Shown piece after piece: positions 14,336 through 28,894 of a stretch of DNA of 64,000 nucleotides (position 1 is its first letter; each line of letters begins with the position of its first letter). The DNA comes from Octopus sinensis (lineage: Eukaryota): the NCBI RefSeq assembly GCF_006345805.1, contig NC_043017.1, positions 21,266,001 to 21,330,000 on the forward strand. Direction: 5' to 3'. Position numbers and translations under genes: made by a program. The notes under the pieces were generated by a model. That model did not search any database. It was not told the DNA's origin and saw only the letters and a list, made by a program, of their open reading frames with translations.

Positions 14336-14977
14336 TGATAGTGTGTAGCTATATTAGAAGAAGCCCAAGTTTTTACACTGTAGGATTGAACCTTCTTACC
14401 ACACAGCCACATATACATTCATATACATACACACATACATACATACATGTATTTCTACATAATATCTGACCATCCCATTTACTCACATGGCTTTCGTTGG
14501 CTCAGGGCTAAAGCAGAAAATACAACACCCAATGTGTTACACGGTGCATATATAAATGCACGTGTATGCATATCTATATGCATGTGCATGTTTGTGTGTA
14601 TGCATATTGATGTTATGAGTTTATGTATGCGTACGCATTCACGTTTCTATTGATTTACGTGCACTCAACACCATCACCAGCCCCCACCCCACTGGTACGT
14701 GTACACACTCTTGCATGCAGTAGAAAATTTTAACGCACTCAACATGTTTCGACAGATTCCCCAAAAAATAAAACACATCAAAGCATGGGAAATTCTGTAC
14801 GTTTAACTACAGAGACACACACCACCACACACATTTATATAGTGATAATAATTAGACCAGCAAAGTCCCATGTGAAATAATAATAATAATACTACTAATA
14901 CTAATAATAATATTGATAATAATAATCATAATAATAATAATAATGATAATAAATCAGTGTTAGCTATTTGTGATCCC

Positions 14978-15012
<35 letters not shown>

Positions 15013-15325
15013 ATATATATGTATATATATATGTGTGTGTGTGTGTGTGTATCATAATGGTGCATACCTGGATGTTTTTTTTTACATATTCTAGTTTCCA
15101 CATATACATGCAAATGGGTGTGTGTATGTGCATATACTCGTGTGTGAATATGTATATGCGTGTATGCATCTATATGTGTCTGTGTGTGTGTGTGTACACA
15201 AGGGACAGCATGGTGTGTGCTATCAATGCATACTCACTTAAAAGTGGTGAGTGCAGTTTTTAGCGTGTGCATATTTACACACATGCACACACACTATACT
15301 TCTCATTAGCCCCATTCATTGCCAT

Positions 15326-15384
<59 letters not shown>

Positions 15385-15762
15385 TATATATCACATGATC
15401 AACCAAACTGTTAGGTGTGATTATATACACTCACATACAGTGGTATGCACACACACATGCACACACACTCACAAACTCAGAGAGGCACACACACATACAC
15501 ACACAAAGGCACACACACACAGCAACTGTGAGACAGTAATACCACAGTAATCATCTGGACAGACAGCAACAAAATAGATAATGAAGTACAAGTTAATGCA
15601 TTAGCTTACAGCTGTTTCGGCTAAGAGAGTAACTAACTGTGCTAGCTCTTTAAAAAAAATTTAGGGAGTAACTTACAATACTCTTTGCATTAGCTTAATC
15701 TCTTAATGGAAACAACAGTAAGCTGATAAATCCTCTTCTCAAATATATATATATAATATTTA

Positions 15763-15978
15763 AGGGGGTACTGAAAAGTTCCTGGCTTTAAGGGTATCAC
15801 AAAAGGCCCGACTGTAGGCCCAACTGTCTGAGTTTTTTTTCCAGGGCTTAGAAAACCTGAAGGACTGGTATAATAAGTGTGTTAATCTTAGAGTTGGAAT
15901 ACGTTGAATATATTCGTAACTAACTAATTCTCCAGTATTTTCTTTTACCTGAAACCAAGAACTTTTCAGCACTCACTC
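15763..15978 (+). mobile_element. Internally deleted mariner element retaining transposase C-terminus
   Basis: TIRs GGGGGTACTGAAAAGTTCCTGGCTTT / AAACCAAGAACTTTTCAGCACTCAC. Internal QGLENLKDWYNKCVNLR-(fs)-EYVE resembles the mariner C-terminal W.KC...GEY.E motif. Confidence 0.75.
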
Positions 15979-16119
15979 CTTTTTTGGTGGTTGAATGGAG
16001 TTTTCTTGAAGCAGATCTACTACAACCAGATGCCCTTCCTGTTACCAACCATCACATGTTTCTGAGTCAGGTTAAATTTTAGACATCTTTCAGAATCAAA
16101 GTAAAAATAAACAACACAC

Positions 16120-16510
16120 AGGAGTGGCTGTGTGGTAAGTAGCTTGCTTACCAACCACATGGTTCCGGGCTCAGTCCCACTACATGGCATCTTAGGCAAG
16201 TGTCTTCTACTATAGTCTCAGGCCGACCAAAGCCTTGTGAGTGGATTTGGTAGACGGAAACTGAAAGAAACCCATCGTATATATGTATATACATATATAT
16301 GTGTATCTGTGTTTGTCCCCCTAGCATTGCTTGACAACTGATGCTGATGTGTTTACGTCGCCGTCACTTAGCGGTTCGGCAAAAGAGACCGATAGAATAA
16401 GTACTGGGCTTACAAAGAATAAGTCCTGGGGTCGATTTGCTCAACTAAAGGCGGTGCTGCAGCATGGCCACAGTCAAATAACTGAAACGAGGAAAAGAGT
16501 AAAAGAGTAA
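16120..16510 (+). mobile_element. SINE family A, near full length
   Basis: GGAGTGGCTGTGTGGTAAGTAGC head through GTCAAATAACTGAAAC tail. Confidence 0.9.
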
Positions 16511-17398
16511 CTCCATCTGTATGACGATGTCAAGGCAAAGAGACACAAACACACAGACACACACAAACACAAACACACACATACACACACAAACACACAC
16601 ATACACACACAAACACATGCATACACATATATCACAGGCTTCTTTCAGTTTCTGTCTACCAAATCCACTCACAGGGCTTTAGTTGATCTTATGCTGTACT
16701 AAAAGACTCTTGTCTAAGGTGCTGCTCAATAAGACTGAACCAAAAACCATGTGATTGAGAAACCACTTTTGAAGTCCTTAACCACACACCTACACCTCTA
16801 CCTGTCAATCTGGCTGCTATTTCTAGCATGGTGAACAGCTGCACATGGTCTCACTCACTCACTCTCTCTCTCTCATTGGCTTAATCAATATTGTAATCAC
16901 ATTTTATTGAAATGGATGTCTGATGGTATGTCTCACTTGTGTAGGGTTGTTGTTGTTGTTGTTGTTGTTGTCGGAAACGATGGTAGAGGCAGTAGCGTTG
17001 CTAGCTAATGCTTGATGCCAATATTTGTTGTAGTTGTTATTGTTGTTGCTGTTGTTGTTGTTGTTGTTGTTGTTATTTCCTCATCTGCTGTTGTGATGTT
17101 GTGTATGAAATGTCTTTACATAAGCAATAAAACCTGGTGAAAGAGGAAGAGGTGGGAGGCAACGGCAACAACAACAACAACAACAGCAAAAACAAGAAGT
17201 AATCCTAAGAAGTTGATGGGGGTGGGTTGGGGTGGATTGGGACGGAGGTGGGTGGGTGTTGAGAACGGTTTACCCCTGTGAGTGAGGTTCGGCATGAGAG
17301 TGGGGGTTGGTTCGGTCGGTTGGTCGGTCGAGCGCCTTTGATCAGCAGATTGAGTGCTCCGAAAGGAAGGAAAGGTAGAGAGATGAGTAAGAGTGGAA

Positions 17399-17459
<61 letters not shown>

Positions 17460-17864
17460 AAGGAATTAGAGAAACTGACAGAATGATATACAGACATGCA
17501 GATGCGTGTGCATATGGTGTGCATGTGCATATGTGTGTGTGTGTGTGTGCATGTTTTTAATTACAGGCCATGCATACACAGATGCATATGTCTATGTGTG
17601 CATATGTATAATTACAAATATATATTATATATATAATATACATATATACATATACATATGTGTGTGTGTGTGTATGTAGATACATAAACACAGTTATATA
17701 AAGAGATTAAAACACAAACACACATACAGACAGACAGGTAGACAGGTAGAGAGGCAGCCAGACATTCAGAGAGAGAGGCAGAGACAAATAGGCAGCTAGA
17801 CAGACTGTTGGTTAAACAGACACACAGATCTCTCTCTCTCTTTCTATATATATATATATATATG

Positions 17865-17903
<39 letters not shown>

Positions 17904-18400
17904 TATATACAAATGTGTGTGTATATATGTATGCATACTTAAATATAGATAATACAGGTAGCTAGACAGACAATCGGAGAGATAGTCAGATAGACAGACA
18001 AAACGTATAAACACTGCGATAGATTGATAAGCAGACCGGCAGACACACGGACAGACAGTCAATCAGATAGCCAGATATAAAATGAGGAGATACACATAGA
18101 TAAATAACAGATCAAAAGATGAAAGTAGGTTTCCAGTGTTCAATGCACTGATATAAACCAAGTGGAATAACATGGTTTATTTTACCGAAACTAGCAGACA
18201 AGCATCAATGAATACTTCAAGAGAATTCCCAGATCACTTAACAATTCTTACCGTTTGTTGTTATTTGCTGACAGGAAGAATTTCAAACATATGCTCTATT
18301 GGGAACATAACAGACATACCTTGAACAACAATTAATTCATATTTCTGTTGCTGTTTTGGCTATTATTATTTTATTATTATTATTATTTTTTTTTTTTTAA

Positions 18401-18432
<32 letters not shown>

Positions 18433-18467
18433 TATTATTATTATATTATTATTATTATTTTTTATTA

Positions 18468-18517
<50 letters not shown>

Positions 18518-19004
18518 GGCAGTGAGTTAGCAGAATCACTAGCATGCTGGGCAAAATTGCTTAGCGACGTTTCTATCTTTATATTCTGAGTTCAAATTTT
18601 GCTGAGGTCAACTTTGCCAGTTAAAGAAATATTATTCTTTCAAAGACAATAAAATAAGTACCAGTTAAACACTGGGGTTGATGCAATCGGCCTAGCCCCC
18701 CCACCAAAAAAAAAAAAATTGATGGCCTTGTGCTAAAATTTAAAACCATTATTATTATTATTATCATTATTATTATTATTATCATAGCAGTGATCTGTTA
18801 GAATTATAAGCAAGCCAAACTAAATGCATAGAGGCATTTCATCTGTCTTTATGTCCTGAGTTCAAATTCCACCGCTGACGTCAACTTTGCTCTTTATCCT
18901 TTTGGGGTCAATAAAATATGTACCAGTTGAGCCCAGGTTTATGTAATTGCTAGTCTTCGCCCCCAAAATTTCAGGCCTTGTGCCTATTGTAAAAAGAATC
19001 ATCA

Positions 19005-19039
<35 letters not shown>

Positions 19040-20027
19040 TTTGTTGTAGTTGTTGTTATTACTGTTAATATTTGTGATTGCTAAATATACTTTGCCTCAC
19101 ATCAACAGAACTGAATCCTCTGAATTCTTTCCAGAGATGGAACCTCATAAAAGTATGAAATTTACCCTCAATATTGTTGTAGCCAAAAAGAGTTTGCCTT
19201 TACTACTCACCATGCCTCCATAGATTTTCAAAAACGGGAAAAATGAAATGAAAATTAGGAAAGTAAAGCAGAATGTAAGAAGAAAAAAAAACAAGCAGGG
19301 ACAAAGAAAAAAAGCAATGTTGAGGGGGACAAACACAGACACACACATATATGTGTATATATAGGACGAGCTTATTTAAGTTTCGGTGTTCCAAATCCAC
19401 TCACAAGGCTTTAGTTGGCTTGAGGCTATAGAAGACACTTGTCCAAGGTGCCACACAGTGGGACTGAACCTGGAACCATGTGGTTGGTAAGCAAGCTTCT
19501 TACCACACAGCCATTCCTGCACCTATTCAGGTTTATTTCAAGATTTTTTGCCATTAGAGAAAAAGCCAGTTTCTTACCTAGATCATATATGTGTGTATGT
19601 GTGTGTGTGTGTGTGTGTATTTGCCCACACAGTACTTTGACTTTTGTACCCTGAGGATGTGCAAGCATATAGCTATTATTGAACCGTATTAATACAATGT
19701 TGCATATAATATATGAAACATTCAGCTGATGATGCATTGAAACAAGTGTAGTGATTTCTGCTAAAACCCATTCAGTCCTTCTTCTCATGTTAAAATTTAT
19801 ACACACACACACACACGCACAGAGTGATAGAAAATGGGATCAGATGAAATCTAGGCAAATACATCTGTCTGCCAGCATTCCATGTGTTGAGGGAAAACTG
19901 CTTCTTTAATTAATTGATTAATTGGTTAATTAATCATGCATACAAACTAATTGCTCTAGCCATCTGAAAGGATCATAATGTTAAAGAAAATTATGCAACA
20001 GCAGAACCTTCATATTTTTTACCTGAC

Positions 20028-20071
<44 letters not shown>

Positions 20072-20392
20072 GTACATGCATATGTATACACACACAAGAT
20101 GCACCGTTACATAGTATTTAATGTGTAAAAATGCGCTACTTGAGTTCAATAACCAGATGACTATTTGAAATCTGTAAGAGAATACAAATTCACTTGTCAA
20201 CCAATTTGGCACACAAATCAAAAATGGCTTTTAGCCATGAAACTTAAGTAGCGAACTTATATCGTTTAAGTACTGTACAAAGATCATATCTAAATTTTCC
20301 ACTTTTCCAGAGGTTTTGAATTCTCACTACTTGTTGAATGTTCACCTCATAACAAGTGTAAGTTTGTGTATATATATATGTATACATATATA

Positions 20393-20437
<45 letters not shown>

Positions 20438-21217
20438 ATATATAAATTAATCTTTATTCATTTCAGTGTGTGTTAGAATATTATTTAGTGTAATAGTCTA
20501 ATGAAATACGGAGCAATGATATATCTCTCTTTCGGGTATGATATCATATGCCAAACTACATCAGTGACGAGAATCTACGAGGAAATGCATTAGACAAAGT
20601 GGTTTTCTGGAAGATTATTCTGAGCAGGCGTATGTGCATATGTGTGTATGTGTGATAGAGTGAGGAAGAAAGAAATAAAGAAGGAAATATATAAAGGAAC
20701 AAAGAAATAAGGAAATATATTTAAGGTTGTCTTGACAAAGGCTGAAGTAGTTTGCGTTTCTTTCAGGTTATTTGTTGGTTTTTTTGTTTTTCATCTTCTA
20801 AACCGCAGCAATACCAACTCCCACCATGCCCACCACTCACCATTTATAAACGTTATTTCGTTAAAATGCTTTCCCCACCTCTTCTTCCTTCTCATAAACC
20901 ATTCCTGTAATTAACCAGAGAATTACCTCAATGACAACACCTTCGTAAATAATTTTTCGATGTATGCTTGATATTCATTCAACAATTTCTTCTCAAATCC
21001 ATTTACGACCATTACAGTATTGTGTTTGCCGTACACATATCACTCTGTGATACGCAGGTGGATGGAGAGTACTACTCCACTTCTGCCTCCTCATCTTCCT
21101 CTCCTTACCTTGCCATTCTCTCTTTCTTTTTCTATTTTATCTCTTATTCGCTCCATTAGTATTTTTTCTCTCCTCCTCTTACCCCACCCACCCTTTCTGC
21201 ATACATACATACATATA

Positions 21218-21285
<68 letters not shown>

Positions 21286-21458
21286 AAGATATCTGACATA
21301 TACATCCATATCCACACAGACATGAGCATGGATCTCTGAAATTATGTCTGTCATCTCTCTAGCTATCACTCCTCTCTCTCTCTCTGTGCACACACACACA
21401 CACACACATATGCACACATGCTTACATAGATATTCATACATGCACTCTATATACATAA

Positions 21459-21503
<45 letters not shown>

Positions 21504-21724
21504 CATACACATATACATATATATACATATATACATATATATATACATACATATATATATATATATATACATATATATATACATATACATACACACACAT
21601 ATATATATATACATATACACTCACATATATATATATATATATACATATACACACACACACATATATATATATATATTCATACACATGCACACACATATAT
21701 ACACATACATGTATACATATTTAT

Positions 21725-21757
<33 letters not shown>

Positions 21758-22656
21758 GACAGTACTATAGACATATAGCAGTCCTTCAATGTGTTTTCAT
21801 ACACTCATCATTGTCATATCTCTATCACTACCACAACCCTCTCCACCACCACTACTGGCTGAACACAATGAACCACCGAACCACCTTCTCATTGCCCTCA
21901 CCCCAACCACTAACCATTTTCTAACCACCCCATCACTCTTCCAACCCCTTCCACGCAACGTAATCCATCCAGGTAAGAAAGTTATGAGGTCCACAATAGC
22001 AATCAAGTAGGTGTTTCCAGATTGAAATGGTGCACCTAGAACCTAGAATGGTACTTGAATGGATGGAATTATAGGTGGTTAGGGGTGTGCGGGAAAAAAA
22101 ACGAAGAGGAGTGAGAAGGTGAGGGAGAGGGAAGGAAGGGGTGCAGGAGAAGTAAGGGAGTGAGAAAGGATGAGAGTCAGAGAGAGAGAGGAAGAGGAAG
22201 TGAGGGATATATATTTATATAGAGAGAAAGAAACGGAAAAAGAAGAGGAGATAAAGGGCAATAGGAACATAAAGAAGGAAATGGAAAAACAAAATTGACA
22301 GAAACATGAAGGAGAGAGGGGGGAATGCAGAGAAAGATAGAGTTGCAATACATTAAAAGGGGGAGAGAGAGAAGAGGGACAGAGGGAGATATATATATAT
22401 ATATATACAGAGAGGGAGAGAGTTGGAGAGCAAAATAAAAAATATAGTTTGAAAGCTGATTAAGATATATGAAGAGAGTGAGTCTACATCACCATTATTA
22501 GCATTATATATCTTCCCATCATAGCACACAGGTTATACATATATATATATATATATATTTATCTCTATGTAAAATATGGCCTGTACCATTGAGCTAAATG
22601 ACAACTGACAACAGATACTGTCTTTTCTATTGCTATTGATATAATCAAATAAATTA

Positions 22657-22699
<43 letters not shown>

Positions 22700-22703
<4 letters not shown>

Positions 22704-22908
22704 TATGGCCTTGTGTGTACCGTTGGCGATTTTTTTTCCTGTGTCTTCCCTTCTCTGGATCTTTCCTTCTCCTATGTTTCCGACGAAGAGCTCCGCTCGA
22801 AACGTTAAACCCTCCTTCTTTCCTTCTTTCCTGAGTATCCAATAATACTATATTTGTTCCACGTCCTCACGTTGTTGTGCTTTTTTGTGCTTTATTGTTT
22901 GGATTAAC
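22700..22908 (+). mobile_element. Penelope-pLTR-like small element (family P1) inserted in (TA)n
   Basis: ~210 bp of complex sequence between two (TA)n tracts, containing a hammerhead-like motif at 22776-22810. Confidence 0.65.
22776..22810 (+). ncRNA. Minimal type-I hammerhead ribozyme-like motif
   Basis: Stem I GTTT(22776-79)/AAAC(22807-10); core CCGACGA(22780-86) plus extra A; stem II GAG/CTC with loop CTCCG; GAAAC(22799-803); cleavage triplet GTT(22804-06). Confidence 0.6.
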
Positions 22909-22930
22909 TATATATATATATATATATATA

Positions 22931-23118
22931 GTTGATCCCTAGCCACTAAACCTTTTTCATTTTCTCTCTCTGCTTATTTCTGTGTTCCTTCCTGTTGAAG
23001 AGTGTAGGCTCAAAACGTAAAAGACTTTCTCACTTCCCAAGCGTTAAACTAATAAATCTGTTTGTTGTTTATACACCCGTCTTCGTCTTGTTTTTTTTTT
23101 TTTCGGATAAATTCCAAC
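22931..23118 (+). mobile_element. Family P2 element in (TA)n, directly after P1
   Basis: Homologous to 6099-6285. Motif CTTC CTGTTGA A GAG TGTAGG CTC AAAAC GTA AAAG at 22988-23023. Confidence 0.6.
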
Positions 23119-24305
23119 TATATATATAAGTAAATGTGTGCAGTATGTATGTCTGTTATTGTCCCTTTGTCTTGATATCATACGATAATTGTAAGCAAAC
23201 GTCACCAACATACAAGTAGTTTGACTTTGCTTGCAATCTTCCATGAAAACATACCTAGCCATGGGGAAATATTACCTCCCTTGGAAACAGGTGAGGGTTG
23301 GTGATGGGAAGAGCATCCAGCTGCAGTAAATCTACTTTGGCAAATTCTGATGATGGTGGTGGTGGTGGTGATGCATATAATGATGAAGGTGATGATGATG
23401 GTGATGATGATAATGATGTTGATGATGTGTGAAAATGGCAATGGACAAGGTGAGCATGCATGTAGAAGTAGACGAGAAAGAAGAGAAAGAAAAAGAAAAC
23501 ATTAGAGAGGGAGAGGTTAATAGAAAGAGAGGAAGAGACTGAGGGAGAGCAAAGAGACAAAGTTAAGAGAGAGAAGAATAAAGAGGAAGAGAAAGAGAGA
23601 AGTTTACAAAGAGGCAGTGAGAGAGAGAGAGATTGGGGACAGTAGGAGGAGAATGAAAAGCTAGGCAATGCATAAGGAGAGAGAAAGAGAGAGATATCAA
23701 GAGAAAGGTAAAGATTTATGTAGCGGTGGGGAGGAAGGATTTGTAGAGAAGTGAGGTAATGAGAGAGAGAGAGAAAGACACAGTGATCCATGTGACTAGA
23801 TAAGGAGGAGAGCGGAGAGAGGCAGAGAGTGGGGGAGAGAGAAAAAAAGGATGAACAAGAGTGAAGAAAATGAATGATTAATTGGAAAGCTGGTAAAAAG
23901 GAAAGAGACAAGAAAGAGAAAGAAGGAGAAAGAAAAGAAGAAATGAAGGAAGAAAGAGACAGAGTATGGGGATGGGGATGCGGAGAAGAAAAGATGATAT
24001 TAGCATACAGAAATTAATTACTAAATATTAAAAAAGCAAATGAAAAATGAAAGCAACAAAAAACAATGAAAAACAAACGAGGAAAAATATGGAAAAAAAA
24101 AGACTAAAAAATCAATCTTATCTCTTAATAATAACTTGAATCAAGATTTTGTACGGAAGAAAAACTATTTATGAGAACACAAATTATTATATTGTAACAA
24201 TGTTTCTTTTAACGTGGCGGTACTTAACACCGAAGGTACCCTCCCTCCACAACCACTGCTCATATAAATACGTTCACTACTACTACTACTACTACTACAA
24301 ATAAC

Positions 24306-24338
<33 letters not shown>

Positions 24339-24420
24339 CCTTTCTGTCAGAACATAATGAGAGACGAAATACTGCTAAGCATTTCTTCCAAAACGCTAAC
24401 GATTCTGCCAGCTTACTGCC

Positions 24421-24640
24421 TTAAGTAATAACAATAATAATAATAATAATGATAATAATAATGATAATAATAATAATAATAATAATAATGATAATAATAA
24501 TGATAATAATAATAATGATAATAATAATGATAATAATAATAATAATGATAATAATGATAATAATAATAATGATAATAATAATGATGATAATAATAATAAT
24601 AATGATAATAATAATAATAATAATAATAATGATAATAATA
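24421..24640. repeat. ~220-bp (AAT)n microsatellite with ATG interruptions
   Basis: Direct reading. Confidence 0.95.
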
Positions 24641-24899
24641 ATCCTTTCTACTATAGGCACAAAGCCAGGAATTTGTGAGGAGGGGGATAGTCGCCTACAT
24701 CGACGTCATCCCCCCCCCCAACTGCCCAGTGCATAACTGGTACTTAATTTATCGACCCCCCCAAACAATTTGAACTCAGAACATAGCAGCAGCTGAAATA
24801 CTGTTAAGCATTTCGCCTGGCATACTAACAATTCTGCTAGCTCAATAATAGTAATTTTAATGTGGTAAGTAGCTTGCTTACCAACCACACGGTTGCATA

Positions 24900-25330
24900 A
24901 CGAAATATGGTGTCCCTACAAGCAGAGAACACTGTGTGATCAGCAAAACTGGCCTGTTAAAAAAACTGCAAAGAGTGAAAGACAGTGGTCAGCAGATCAG
25001 GACTAGTACTGGAGATTGTGGGAAGCCTTGAACTTGTGAAGGGTCTCATGTACTTTTATCATGACAGTTACTGACTGGTGTGAGGGTAGTTTATTCTATG
25101 TTTCAAGAATTCTGTCATGGAAGATGCGCTGTTTTTTCTTTTTTTTTTTTTTGATTTTGCAAGTGGGATCCCTGGATAATGAGAGAAATGTTGAATTAAA
25201 AAAAAAAGGAAAGGAAAAGAAAATGGAAGCCAATGAAGATTTGGTTGGATTTGAAGAAGATGCTGACACAATGTTGGCCATGTTGTAAGAATATGGATGA
25301 TTCTATTTCTATTAAGACTTCTGTGTTCAG
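24900..25330 (+). pseudogene. Possible highly degenerate RTE-type reverse transcriptase fragment
   Basis: Frameshifted pieces GSLELVKG, SRILSWK and VGHVVR-MDD resemble RTE RT C-terminal motifs (E.V..F.YLG; RI..AW; W.GHV.RM). Confidence 0.3.
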
Positions 25331-25470
25331 CATTGATTTTTTTCATAGTCGTGGACTCACGCAATTACGAGATCAAAATTACCCCCCCACACACACACAC
25401 ATGAATTTGGAAGACAAATGTACTCAGCACATGTTAAATTTATTCATTACAACACATACGAATATATATA

Positions 25471-25501
<31 letters not shown>

Positions 25502-26318
25502 GTATGCGTGTGTGTACATATATATACACACGTATATATGTATATATATATATATAGATATTTATACATATATATATAAATATACATATATATATGTATA
25601 TATACAAATATGTGTGTATAGATATGTATGTATGTGTATATATATATATGTATGTATGTATATATCTATGTACATATATATGTATATCTGTGTGTGTGCA
25701 TATATATATAAATATATATATATACAGGTATGTATATATGTGCATGTGTGTATATAAGGACATATAATGTTAGTATATAAACAAGTCGTGAAAATAAAAT
25801 TTGGTTTCAGATGAATAAAGAGGTTTTAATGTGTTTGCGTATTTATTGTGAATGACATGCTATTAACAGATTTAATGCGTGTATGGGGATTCGGTTATGT
25901 ACGTCTGTGTGTATATATATATACATGTCTATGAGCATATCTACACATGAGTATATGTAAATTTATGTGCATGTATATGTATGTGTGTGTGTGTGTGTTT
26001 ATAGAGTTTGATCGAAAAACAAATATAGGCAGACAGACAGATATCTGTTTGTCTGTGTACATATGTAGAAGTGTGTTTGTGTGTATGTATATACATATGT
26101 GTATGTATATACATATGTGTATGTTTATGTAGAGGTATAGGGTGTTATACGTGTATGGTGACAGCATTGTGTATATAAGTGGTCGTGTAAGCATGTGTAT
26201 ACATGCATGTACATTTATGAGTGTGTATATGCATATGTATAAAAATACGTGTATATGTGTATGCTGTTAAACACGTTAATATGAGGGTATAAGTATATAT
26301 ATATATGTGTGTGTGGGC

Positions 26319-26353
<35 letters not shown>

Positions 26354-27280
26354 TATACACACATACATATATATATATATTTATATATATGTATATATAT
26401 ATATTTATATATATCTATATGTATATGACGTGTACATGTGTAGATACATACAAATGAGGATATGCATATGTGTATATATGTGAATATATGTGTTCATGTG
26501 TATGTATGTGCTTGTGTGTGTGTGTATTTGTATGCATATAATTAAAGCGAATGGTAATATTTGGAAACTATTGCTTTGTCTCCTGTTTATCAATCACTGG
26601 TGTTTATCGAGAAGTGCAGGCATGCATACACGTAAACACACACATACCTGTATACACAGACACTCACAAACACAGACTCACACACACACACACAAGTGCG
26701 TATACTCACATTGACAGACTCGAACACCTGAACACACATGTACAAACAAATAAGCTGAAATACATATGTATACACATGCATACACACGCACACATGCTTG
26801 TATGCACATAAATATACACACACAATCATGAGCATTCACACGAATATAACACAAAACTCACTAAAATCCACATACACATACATACATACATACACACGTA
26901 CATATGTACATACATACATACATACATACATACATACATACACACGTACATATGTACATACATGCATGTAAACATACACACAGAGACACATATACATATA
27001 TACAGAAGCACACACATGCACACACACACATGCACACACACACATGCACACACACACAAAACTCACATACACATACATACATACATACACACGTACATAT
27101 GTACATACATACATACATACATACATACACTCACCTTTTAACAAACTTACTGAGTGACAGCACCTCCCTCTCCAGTGTCACTTTCCTTTTCAGGTGAAAA
27201 CTGCAAAAGTCAATGTGTCCTTGGCCAAAGAGGAAGGTACCTGTCTTCAACTCTTTCAATCGCATAAAAATAATAATAAT

Positions 27281-27549
27281 AACAAGAGCACATGCCTCTG
27301 CCAAGGCAACACCAACATCCTCTCAATGATTAGCCAGAGATGGTTTTTAAAATGAGAATATCTGAAATAAACTTGACTGCTCTCACAAACGAGAATACTA
27401 AGAATGAACCCAACTGCTCTCAAAAAATAATTTAAAAAAACAGGAAAAAATAATCCAGAATCTTTGTCCGGTACTGGATTGATCCCAAAATCTAATCAGT
27501 TTGTGCCAGTCACGAGGCCAAACATCTCTGAAAGTTTCATCCGATTCCA
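27281..27549. mobile_element. Truncated non-autonomous element resembling Helentron-associated (HINE/DINE-1-like) elements
   Basis: Starts AACAAGAG after (AAT)n and carries the CCAAAATCTAATCAGTT...GAAAGTTTCATCCGATTCC block typical of such elements. Cut off by a family C fragment. Confidence 0.4.
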
Positions 27550-28171
27550 GTTGCTTGACCTTCACCAGTTGAGCCTGTCCCTTGGTGGCTGACAATATGT
27601 GCATCTCTGATCACGAGCAGAAGTAATGGGGGAGCATCATAGCAATGTGTTGAGAAGACTTTTGGGGTGCTTGAATAATTCACCTCTAGAAACATGGGTG
27701 TTTTGTTCAACATCCTTAAACAACCCTTATTCAAGGACTTTTTGAGCAGGATGGGCTACTCAACCTGAAGAAAATTCTAACTGGACCCCCACCAGCAAGG
27801 TCATGCACTGCCTATTTTGATATGAGATCACCACTAAAATGATGAAAACAAAGCTGACCTCAACAGAATATGAGTTCAGAATGTAAAGAAGGACAAAATG
27901 CCATTAAGCTTTCTGCCCTGCATGGTAACAATTCTGCCTGTTTGTCACAGTAATAATAATCCTTTCTACATGAAACACAAGATCTGACATTTTGTGTGAT
28001 GGGACTTGTCAATGTAATCGACCCGGTGCTTTACTGGTACTTGATTTATTGACCCTAAAAGGATGAAAGGCAAAGTCGACCTCGGCGGAATTTGAACTCG
28101 GAATGTAGCGATGGATGAAATACCATTAAGCCTTTCATCCAGCACACTAACGATTCTGCCAGCTCACCACC

Positions 28172-28225
<54 letters not shown>

Positions 28226-28894
28226 TAATTTATAATGGCGCTACTTTTAATATGTTAGAATAACCCCTTCTACCCCATGCAAGTGTGGGTAAGCAATGGT
28301 GAGTTGATGATAACAAATCTGCTCCATGTCCTCTTTGATGCACTAACAGAGATCATCATCATCATCATCACCACTGCCACCGCAGCCACTACTACAATCG
28401 CCATTACATCATCATCATCATCATCATCATCATTTGCAGCATAGCCTTCACTTTCATCATAACCCACATCATCATCACCACCCCACCACCCCCATCATCA
28501 CAATCACCACCACCATCGCCATGGCAATCATCATTCTCAATCATCGCCGCCACTGCCACCAAGCTGAATAGCGAAGCAATGATCTTTACTACGAGAATGT
28601 TTGTGTATTCTACAAGTACAAGTTTTGTATTAAACTTTGTAAACTAAACCAATTAATCACAGAAGACATTTTAAATCTGGTGATTTACTATTTCGACCAT
28701 CTTGTCTGACATATTTTATAAAATATGTATAACATATTATATGGGTAGAACCAAACAGCAGCAGCTGTGGAGTTTGTAGACAACTAAAACCTATTTGTCT
28801 GTCTATATCGCTTTTTTACTCTATACATATGTATACACTCACACATATCCATACATAGAAATATGTGTGTTTATATGTGTGTGCGTGTGTGTGT

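Noticed and set aside
15595-15630. Minus-strand GCCGAAACAGCTGT resembling the 3' half of a hammerhead
   Set aside because: No CTGANGA core at a suitable distance.
19211-19240. Minus-strand donor ATG|GTGAGT after a long pyrimidine tract
   Set aside because: No canonical YAG acceptor defines an exon.
25223-25288. Peptide [21 protein letters not shown] resembling the start of a plant NB-ARC domain
   Set aside because: It ends in a stop with no P-loop downstream. An overlapping frame fits a decayed RTE RT better, so this is probably coincidence.
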